DNA of 41,109 nt from Hydrurus foetidus (lineage: Eukaryota), in NCBI GenBank assembly GCA_900617105.1, contig UYFQ01000328.1, positions 1 through 41,109 on the forward strand, given 5' to 3'. Of the stretch, positions 9,918 to 20,700 are shown in pieces. Position 1 is the first letter of the stretch. Every line of letters begins with the position of its first letter. The translations under genes and the position numbers were made by a program. The notes under the pieces are model-generated. The model made no database searches and was not told where the DNA came from. It saw only the letters and a list, made by a program, of their open reading frames with translations.

Positions 9918-12478
9918 TTATTTTAATGCACGGAAGTATTTCGCAGGAATGTGGCCTGGCGGCAGCCACCACATATACTCTAGGGAGTTGAGCATGTCTC
10001 TTCTGTGCGGATAGTGCTCCTCAACCATCTTCTGCTGCACCCTGAGGACAGCGGACCACTCCCCCAAGGGCATGTTCACCATCCAGTATGGCCACTGCGG
10101 TTCATCGGGGACAACGAAGTTGTAGTGCGGCATGGGGAACGAATATAAGTGCTTGTACAGCTTCAAACCCATTATCATCGGCACGAATCTGTATCTCTGA
10201 TATAGCTTCTTGTCGCCCCACACGAACCCCATTGCATCAAGGGCCTTACGCCTAGTGGTGTCCTCCAACCCATCGATGTCTCCGATTCTCAGCCCTGCCA
10301 CTGCCTCTCCGAGCTTCATGCCTTCAAACTTCTCGTCAAACCCGATGTTGAGCGCTATCACATCTTCGTCCACAACGAACTCATGCGGGATGTCGATGTG
10401 TCCGTAAGCCTCCTTGTAGATGCTAAAGCCGTTCGTGACGGAGTCCCAATTGAAGCGACCGAATTCTAATATGCGGTATCCGATTTTCTTCATGGCCTTG
10501 ATGTCCTCTTCAGGGATGCCTCTCGTGATCACGCGGTGGAAGTCCTGAGGGGCCAAGTGTCCCTCGAAATGGGCCAGACGTCTAACATCTGGGTCGGGGG
10601 AGTATTCTCTGCCCTGCATGTACTCCCTCACTGTCTCAGCTGCGAGTTCTCGGTACATCAGAGGTTCAAACATTCGGCTGGGGTCGTAGCTCAGGGCTGG
10701 TCGGTACTCACTCATCGCGTCATCTCCTGGTATGGGCATGTTGGCGATGCGCTGCTGCTTGTTCTCCATGCTAGATGGATCGTCATGCTCCTGTGATTGA
10801 AGGTAATAGACAGTCAGAAACGCAGTGGGATAAACGGACAGACGGACAAACAGACAGAAGAAAGATGACGTAGTGGATTATTGGGTGCGATGGCGAGGAA
10901 ACAGTACACAGCTACTCAGCATACTATCTAATCGCTCTTACCTCATGAGGCCACTTACTGCTTCCACCTCCACCATTGACTGCTGGAAGGATCTCTACGA
11001 GCACTTCAATGTCAGATTTCTCTTCCTTGCTCTTGGACAGCACAGCAAGTGGCGTCTCCTCTTCCCCCTCCACCACGTCCTCTTCTCCCTTCTTTCGCCT
11101 TCTAGTGTGCGTTGGTAACTCCCAAGAAAATCCTAGCTGGTTGAGCTTGTCTCTAGAAATGTGTTGATGTGATGTGATGTGAATAAATGCGATGTGATGA
11201 GGTATTAATATGATGGTTAACAGTCTTCGTTTATAGACAAGGACAGCATGCTTGTATTGATGATTACCTTCTTTCGGGTGAATTGGAGACTAGGGTCCCC
11301 TGACATCTAATGGCGTTGACTCTAGCACCTAATTTCAATCCTCTCGCTTCTTCGGGCCAGAACTCGTCATCAATGGGCACAACGAAAGCCTGGGGTACGA
11401 TGAGGTTCCCGTACACTTCCTTGTACGCCTTCAAAGCGGTATACACAATATCGAACCTCTTCTTTGAAAATACAGTCCTGCCAGTCTCTTCCCACTGGAA
11501 TCCCAGCTCGTTAAGGCGCTTTTCTCTCTCCTCATGTCCGTATACTAATTTATCTTTCGCTCTAACAGATTGCACATAAACACCTAAAGTCAGACCCCTC
11601 GTACTTTCTGGCCAAGGATCTGCAGAGGGCACAATGAAATCAGTTGGTACATTTAACTCCTCATCTACCTCTCTCTTGTAGCATACAAGTGCCTCATAAA
11701 CCTGCTCGAACAAGTCGTCCACAAGGGGCTGCTTATTTGTGCTGTCCCTTAGGCGCCATTCAAACCCTAGATCGTCTAAGTCCTGCTTCCTCTTAGGATG
11801 GTCCTTCACATAGCGTCCAGCGCTTCTGATGGCTGCTACTCTCACGCCCAATTTGACGCTCCTGCAATAGCGGGGCCATACTGGATCGTCAGGCACTTCA
11901 TACTTAGAGGCAACTCTAAGGTTCCCATATACAGTTTTATAAACTTTCATTGCATCATGTATGACTCTCCAATCGTCCACTAAACTTTCGATAGCGGGAG
12001 TAAAACCCAGTTTCGATAATTCTTTAACTTTATCGGGATAGGCGGAGAAGAAGTCGTCTGAGGAAAGGAGTTTTTCCAGTCGTCTGCCGAGACGCAGTCC
12101 ATGTAAATGTGAAGGCCAAGGATTTGTTGCAGGTACTTCAAACTTCACAGGTATATCATAATCGCCGAAAACTTTTTTAAAAATGATCATTGAATCGAGA
12201 AGCTGTTCGAAATCATCCAGCACTAGACCTGTTCTATCATCATCGTAATCATCTCTTGTTTTGTCTCGTGTGTAAGTTTGAGCCATAATAGCATACTTTG
12301 CTGTCGTCGATGCCCCATTCAAATTACGAGCAACGTGTACTGTTGAACCATCCTTTCTGTAGAAATCAGCATTGTCGTTCCTTCTCTGGGTCACTGCTCG
12401 TGAATGCAACTGCTGGATATTCAATCGCAGAGCTTGAGTAGAAATTCCTAAAGCGGCAAATACCAGAACATAAATCAT
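9918..12478 (-). CDS. Helicase-associated (HA) domain repeat protein with N-terminal signal peptide, ~764 aa; exons 12478-11268, 11152-10942, 10790-9918
   Basis: About six repeats of 'A(L/M)xxYKxxYG(D/N)LxVPxxFxVP...WP....GxxLG..V..IR.....LxxLGFxW'. Splice phases are consistent (total 2,295 nt). Confidence 0.85.
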
Positions 12479-13602
12479 TTCTCTGAGAAATTCTAGCTCG
12501 ACTGCGGACGCTTCTCAGTCGCAGCCGTTAATGGTACAGCTTCAGTATACCAGCATAACAGCTTCATCAGAAGTATTGGCAAGAGTAACTCCCACTGTTC
12601 GTTCGGGTGGTGGGTCATTTGCTTTCAGTGGTCATGGGCCACACGCACGATCCCAGCAGGTCCGATCCGGCCCCCTCTTCTGTCAGAACTCCGCAGGACC
12701 GTCAACATCACACACGAACTTACTATTTTAGGAAGTTATTACTTCGATTGAAACTCGGCTCCTTCTTCGGATTAAAATCTTGTTCGATCAAGTAGTGCCG
12801 TCATGCTGGGGTGCACGATTTTCAAAAATTACGAAACCACGGAGCTTACATTATCACGGAGTTAACATACCATTACAGTCACGGAGTTAATGTAATCGGT
12901 AGTCATTAACGGAATATTGTACAATTTCCACACTTTCAGATGTTGGTTTCAAAATGTTACGCTGGATATGATGTGTACCAATTCAGAGTTGGATTACAAG
13001 CAGAATTGAAGTTTTTGTTTTGCGAAGATAAACGCGAAAATGATTTGCGAATTTTTGGTCGATTTTTAGCAATACACTCCACAATTACCCTTGCTTCAAC
13101 TGGAACAAAGCATCTTATTTTGCGGATCCTTTCAAAGCGGACTTTGTAACCTGAATGCTGCTTCCTTCCTTCCTCTTAAAGACACATCGGATAACATCGA
13201 GTTTAGCAATTGTGTACTCTACCCATGCTTACACTTGAGGGCATCCCATGCCGGGGAAATCATTACGGCTTCGATGCCTCCCTACTCCTCATGTACGGTA
13301 CAGTACCCCTTTCCGTAAGAGTGGCATTCTTAATCTGACAATCGTGACGCATGACAAAGCTATTCATTTCAAATATCTTCACCAGAAGACTTTAAGATTA
13401 GTAAGAGAATTAAGTTCGCGGTCCTGCTTTACTATACTATACTATACCATAAAGTAACATAACATGACACAACATGATAAATCATTGACAATTCACACAT
13501 GCCGTTGAAAGCGTGTGCGAGATATTGTGGACATCGATGCCACAATATGCTCTGTAGTCTTTCTTACCATTCTCCTTTCTTCTCCGAGCTCTACCCACTA
13601 AC

Positions 13603-16600
13603 TCAGTGTGCAGCATCAGCACCGAAACCGGCCTTCAAGTGTATGCGCCTGATGTCCGCCTGTATCTGTATAGGTATGAGTATCTCCCCTTCCTCCGCCC
13701 CTGGCATCGTCTCCGTCACGACTATCGTCCCTTGCCCATCAATCTTATCATCTCGGAACCTGCCTTCATACACCGCTCCACTGGCGAACTTAATAGACCC
13801 TCTTCCTTCCCTCAGACCGGCCTTGTATGACCCCTGGTACTCCTGCCCTCCAGGGAAGACAGTCAACCCGCGCCCTTCCATATAGTTCTGATACCACCCC
13901 CCGTCATATCTGAACCCGTTGGCCAGTATGAGCAGACCCCTGCCGTGTCTGTTGTCGTTCTCCCAGTCTCCTTCGTAGGAGGACCCGTCAGCCCAGTGGA
14001 ACACACCGCTACCTGTGCGCTTGTTGTTCTTCCAGTCGCCCATGTAGCTACAGCCGTTGCTGATGACGTACTCCCCTTTGCCGTGACGTATGCCTTCTCG
14101 CCAGTCACCCGTGTACGTATCCCCGTTAGCGAATGTGTACGTACCGTGACCCGTCATGGTCCCATCTACCCACTCCCCTGAGTAGATGATCTGTCTGTCT
14201 CCTGTCATCAGCTGGCCCTTACCGTGCTCCCTGCCCATAGCCCATCCACCCTCATAGAGTGAGCCGTCAGCATACATGCAAACGCCCGCACCGTGTCTCC
14301 TCCTCCCCTGGGGGAACCACCCCCCTTCGTACACCTCTCCGCTGTCTTCGTCTAGGAAGGCCACTCGGTAGTCGCTGTTAGATTCATCCAACTCCTGCTC
14401 CACATCCCTCTCCTTGTCTCTCACCTTGTCTCTGTCTCTTTCCTTCTCTCGTTGCACATGAAATGCAGTGCCATGTGAGGCGGACCCTAGCCCTGATCCA
14501 CACTTAGGATACGTCCCTGATTTATCTTTAGAGGACTTCAAAGAGGCATCGATGTCCTCGAAACCAATGGATTTCCTGCACCAACAATTAGTCAACAACA
14601 TATGAGTTAGTGTTTGTGATGCATATTGTAAGAACGTTATGCTCCATCACACAATGCATAGAGGAGTGCATTAGTACAGAGCAGAGCAGGGCAGACGTGC
14701 CTTTTCTTCGTGTGTGCCCCCGTAGCCAAGAGTTGTTGCGCCTCATCGTAGGAAGGGGGGAAATAGAAGGAGGAATCAGACAGAGATTTCCTCGGCCTGG
14801 TGCTCATGGCCCGTACAGTCGATGCCCCTTCCCCCCCTATACCCCCTTCAGCGGCACTCTCGATGCTCAAACGGGCAGCAGCTGCTGCAGCAGCTCCCGC
14901 AAATGTTGTACCCGGTCTGCGCCCTCTCCTGCCACTACCTAACGATTCAAATCGAAGTCAAGCGCAGCGTTACTATCGTGTAGCAGTGATTGATGAGTAA
15001 GTCGCAATCGTCAGGACTGTACCTTTCGTTAAGATGTACTTCTTCTCGCACCTCATACGTCCTGTGAGAACAGCAGAACAAAGATGTGAAGAGGCAGTAG
15101 GTGTGAACTGATATACTGGTGAGTCCTGTGATAAGTCTGAGATGCATAGCAAATGCGGTGATGCAGATGAACAAGACAGTCTAGCCTAGTCTAATATGTT
15201 CTGATCTAATCTTGTCTCAAATAAGACTAGATTGCAGTCTATCTGCTAGCTAGGAATGAAGTGTAATATTTAGAGGGAGTAGAGTAGAGTACCTGTAGTT
15301 TCGTTGTAAGCAGCGGTTAGAGCAAATCTGCCGAATGGATTCCTCCCAAATCCCACTAAGTACTTGGTGAATGGCTCCCCCACTGCTGCAGGGGGGTGAG
15401 TGACGTCAGCTGTTATTGAGGTGCTTCTGCTGCTGCTGTTGGAGTTGGTGCACTCTGCCTCAGGTGCATCTTCACTCACAAGAGCAGCATCAGCATCATT
15501 ATCACCGTCATTATCACCATCTGCCTCTCCTGCATTAGCGAGACCATCCTCATTAACATCCATTGCTTCTGTGGCACTTACACCTCCTGTGTCGTCCAGT
15601 CCGATTGGCTGATTGGTTGCTCTTGAGGTCTCATCACTTGGTATGCTCGAGCTACTAGTTGCTGAGGCGGTCACTGAATCACTCGATGTGACTCGGGGGA
15701 ATAATGATCCGGCTAATGACTGCACATGGAAAAGAAAAAGAAGTGATTGCTGTGAATGAGGAGGGACTGATTGTGATAGTGGATGTCATCTCATGTCCAG
15801 TCAAGTCAAGTCACATCACATTATCAGGTCACAGGTAACACATTGATCACCTTTCTGGCGTCCACTCGATTGCGGCGAAGAATCAGAGACGTGAACTACA
15901 GTAATAGAATAGCATTATCAGCATCCGAATCGGTAGCAGCAGCGTGCTGCAACATAAATGGGTGCATGGCTGAAATGGCGGTTGAGACGAGTTGTCTATT
16001 TGAATATGTTTCTTTTCTCACCTGGGGCTCTTGAGGTAAATCGAGTAACTCCTCTGAAGGCTCTTGATTCATGAAGGAGTGAAAGAAGAAAGTCTCATAC
16101 ACCTTGTCCATGACACCTGTCAGTCGGAACAATCAGAAAGAATGTCAATGTTATTATTTGGTCACTTCCCACATTGACGAATTGAACGTAATAGACAGTC
16201 TTCTCTTCTCACCATTTGCCCCTCTAACATCGAAGGTGCCATTCCAAAGACCAAAGAGAGGATGATTTCTCTCAATTGTAACGGGAGTTGATATTCTCAC
16301 GGTCTCATCAGCCGCATTCACAGTTCCAATTTCCTCATTTTTATTGCTGACAGCACCAGCTTCTGTTACAGCAGCGTTGAAGGTAACTTCGGGATCAATA
16401 CTCAAATTCGGCGCATTATCTGGTTCGTCCTGATCGCTCTCGGTTGTCATCAATATTGAAGCACTTTCGTCTTGGTTCTCATTGCTTGACTTCTCAGTAT
16501 CTTCAGTAAGTTCTGTCGTATTCTTTCCACTATCTGAGTTTTCAGGTTTTAGTGAGAGTAGGCCATCCGAAGAATTTCCTAATCTGTCTGTCTCGATAAT

Positions 16601-17015
16601 CACAAAATTGGCATCCAGTTGGAGTTGATCCACAAAAGGAGTCAGTGAACTGTCGGCGACAGCTCGTCCTGTCCCTCTACCACTACCGCTGGAGACTCGT
16701 CCTCTACCTCTACCTCTTCCACGGCCGCTCGTCGGGGCGACAGCAACAACAGCAGGACTATTTGGCGAAGGAATAAATGACACATAGTCTAAAAGGTCTC
16801 TCGGTAGAGAGCAAGACACCCACTGCATTCGATTAGTTGATAATAGTGTTACAAGAAAGGGATTAATGGAGAAGGCGAAGATGTTAGGAAAAATAAGCCC
16901 GTACGTTGTAATTAAAAGCTACACCAGCTTTTTTGTCTTTCGAGAACTGCCATGTCCCTGACCATGAAGCTTCTTCATCAAGGATTTCGGTAATGCCCTC
17001 GAGTAAAACAGACAT
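13603..17015 (-). CDS. MORN-repeat protein, ~845 aa; exons 17015-16905, 16822-16213, 16116-16022, 15895-15851, 15719-15293, 15061-15023, 14938-14701, 14575-13603
   Basis: About nine YxGxWxxGxRHGxG MORN repeats in the last exon. The eight-exon model keeps frame throughout (2,538 nt), with one GC-AG intron. Confidence 0.8.
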
Positions 17016-17207
17016 TGTGCGGTTTTATCGAGCGGGACGACACAATATAAGATGCAACTCCCTGAAGACAAAGTTAAGGTTTCTCATGAAACTGGAATCG
17101 ACGACTGATTAATCCTGGTTGATAGCGCGATTGATACTAAGAAGTGAGAAGTGGTAACTGAGATCAAGAGATGATCATGTCAAGAAGTCATACCGTACAG
17201 TACGGTA

Positions 17208-17448
17208 TATTACCAGAGCAGAATAAAATGTCCCCTTTTCTTTGAAAAACTCAAATGGAGTGATGATAAATCGATCACCCCACACGGCCCCACACCATAC
17301 TAAAAAATACAAAAACCGAGGAACGTTCGCTATTTTTTGCTTTTTTATTTTTTAGTATGGTGTGGGGCCGTGTGGGGTGCTTATTATCATCACTCCATTT
17401 GAGTTTTTTCCCACCGAAAAGTGGACACTTTATTCTGCTCTGGTAATA
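17208..17448. mobile_element. Foldback MITE, Tc1/mariner (Stowaway-like) type with TA flanks
   Basis: TA|TTACCAGAGCAGAATAAA ... TTTATTCTGCTCTGGTAA|TA, with ~100-bp imperfect inverted arms. Confidence 0.8.
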
Positions 17449-17529
17449 CATAACGTAGAGATCGGTTGGAGAGTTTGGGAATTAATTTATCAAGGTGTCA
17501 TGGACCAAGAAATTGTAAATTATAACTCA

Positions 17530-17771
17530 GGCCACTATTCGCGGGAACGATAAAACGTCTCCGATAAAATTTTACGATAAAATGTTTTATCGGTTTTCAA
17601 TTAATTCTACCGTATTTCGTGTTTGGTGGCCCTTTTTTACGATAGAATCCGGATTCTATCGTAAAAAAGGGCCACCAAACACGAAATACGGTAGAATTAA
17701 TTGAAAACCGATAAAACATTTTATCGTAAAATTTTATCGGAGACGTTTTATCGTTCCCGCGAATAGTGGCC
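17530..17771. mobile_element. Perfect 242-bp palindromic Harbinger/Tourist-type MITE
   Basis: 121-bp arms are exactly complementary with no spacer (centre 17650/17651). GGCC termini and 3-bp TCA direct repeats at 17527-17529 and 17772-17774. Confidence 0.9.
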
Positions 17772-17781
17772 TCACTCCTTG

Positions 17782-20700
17782 CACCGGTTGCACGATCGTG
17801 GGATCACTTTTTGGATTATTTGATTCCACTCCTCCCATCATGAACATTTACTACTCAACATAACACAACTTGCACGATCTCTCTTCGCAGCACAACTAAC
17901 CAGGAGAACGCTGGAAATCCACACCACCATATCGACCATGGTGAGTTTAGTGGTGCCGTTTTCCACTCACCTAATTTGATCCTAACGACAAGAAGAGGTT
18001 TCGGGAGCTTCATCACCGAACCCTTCCACCATCTTTTGATATCATCCCATTCCCAGCAAGAGTATTAGGGGTGAATAGAGCATTGATTATCGTTCTATAC
18101 CATGTCAAAAATATTCTTTCATATCTGGAGAATCTCGTTAGCTTCAATCATTCCTCAGTAAACTGACATCCCAATATTCACTTTTTTGTTACACAGGATG
18201 TAGCGAGCGAAATTGATATCGTGGAAGCATGAGGGATGTAGGGAAACATTCTTTCTGACTGGCTCTATTGATTGGGGACTAAGTCTCCATGCTTCACATG
18301 CGGGTTTTATCATTTAACTGTAAATTCATTCTATGGGCAAATCTCGCATCTTCGGTGACGTCCTCTTTTCGGAAATTTGAGAGGTTCAACATCAAAGTTC
18401 ACGTCTCTTTTCAGATCTCCCATTTACGACTCTCTAAGATTGCTGTGAATCAATCGTTTTATGCAGATGACTCTACTTCGGTCTGTGATAGACGACTTTA
18501 TGTCGCCACTCACTCGTCTGCGATTTTCGACAATAATGAGTCATGATAGTGAGTGAGACAATTATTCCTGCGCCCTAACGTCCTACAGCCTTCAATTGGA
18601 AATGTGATTCTTTAATGGGGATACGGAAATGAGAATATGAATGCATTCAACAATGCTGCAGTACGACAATACCCTTCCCATTGCGTGGTACAGGGACTAT
18701 GTGCATAAAATTGGAAAACTCCAGATGTATGCCGCGGTTTCAACAATATTTTTGTAAATTAATTGTCAGAACGTTTCTTATCGCTTTCACTCGGAGTCTC
18801 GCTGGTGACTTACTTTTGGGTTCAGGGATTAATGAAGCTAAATGAGGGTCTTCAATACCTCGGGTATACAAAATCAGAACTTGCCTCGGCAAACTTAGTC
18901 TTACAAATATGTCAGAAGCCTGACGGCTGATATAAATGAAAAAAGAATGTAAGCATAATCTTTTTGTCATTATACGTATTAACCTTGATCTGCCATAGCA
19001 TTTCTTAATTTTTCAATACTAGAACTATCTATAATGTATTCAGTGCTATTTTGATTATTATCGTATAGCACACATTGAGTCACACATGTTATGTAAGTTT
19101 CTCTTGTTACACCTACTTCTTCATCTGGGAAGTAAACATCAGATAATGGCATCTTAAATTCTTTTTCTTTTACTGGTATATAGTATATGTTTTCAGTGTG
19201 ATTTTTGCTGTACAATAACTTCAATGTAAAACACCATGTACCTCTTTTTATCACAACTTTGCTTTTAAGTCTCACTGCTGCGTACTCAAACTCAATATCT
19301 TTTGTACATTCCTTTATCTTTTTCGTCATTATCGCTAATACGAATGGCTCATCATTCATATCCAATTTATCTCTTTTAACAGCCACAAACAGTTCTCCCC
19401 CACTACCAGCGATCAAATTTCCTTTAAAAAAGTTAACGCTCTGCAATTCCTCCTCTGTGCAGCTTTTCTTAACAGGTGCCTCCTTAAATGGCAGTTTGAC
19501 AAACGGCTCCTCCTTCAGGGGTCCTGAAATTTCGCTGTGTTGGCATGAAGAGAAATCGCCTTCCATGCAGTCCTTACAGAAACAGGCATGTTCCCTGCTG
19601 AACAACTTAACTTGACCATCCTGTGCTTTTGCGATTAGACTGAATAGCGATTTAATTCCCTTTATAGGATGTGCATCCCATCTCTTACCTATGTAGTCTG
19701 TTAGGAGTACATCTTTCTCTACCTCCGCCCTTAGTATCATTTCTGGTGTTGCATCACAGATATCAACCAGAAATCGATGGTAACGGTTCGTTATAGTCAT
19801 AGGACTTTTGTTTGAATCATCAACCAGTAGTGGCGTGATGGGGTATTTTGATGCGAATAATAAGAATAGCTGATAGGAGGTAGGACAACGAGTACCCTCT
19901 TCTTCGCTTCTTTCTAATTTCCTATAGAGCGACTTGGTAACATTGCCTTGTCCATCAACCATTGTCTTGAATGAAGCTGTTGGTGCGTAATTGTGTGTAA
20001 CAATCATGCCAGTTGTCTCTGCAAGTTGACCAACAAAGTAAGCATTACGACGACTCTTATATTGTTCGGCGCATCCATCAGTAAAAATGTTAACTCTTTT
20101 CAATTTTTGATCAGCCAACTCATCAATTATATGTTTCGTGCAAACACTATGATAGTAGCTGTTGCCCTCAAGAACGCCACCTTGAGCCGACCAGAAGTGC
20201 CAGACATCATTCTCTTGCACTCTTTTGCACGACCCATTTGTAAGTACAACCGTTCTGGGGCTATGTGTTGATAAGAAAATGCACTGATTTGAGCGACACG
20301 GAATTGCTGTGTTCAATTTGTCTTGGACGTCATGATCAAGGACAGCGGAGAAATCTGTCATCAAATTTAGAACTGTATTATCTGATTTATTGACGCATAT
20401 TATGCGAGCATGAGCGTTCCATATTACGTTCCATTCATGAGGGATGGCGAGTGTTGCGCAGTTAATTAAGTAATCTATTAGTTGATCTCCAGTCATTTTT
20501 AATTCTACAATCTCCATCTGCATTCCTCGCGATCTTCCCTGTACATTCTCATACTTTCTAACAAGCAACTCAATTTCCGTATTTCTTTCCGTTTTACACA
20601 GATTTGTATCGCTAAAAAAGTTCTTAATACCGCAAAGATCACAATTTTGGTAAGCACATCTTTTAGAGTGACACTGAAATAGTGGTCCCCAATTTAATAG

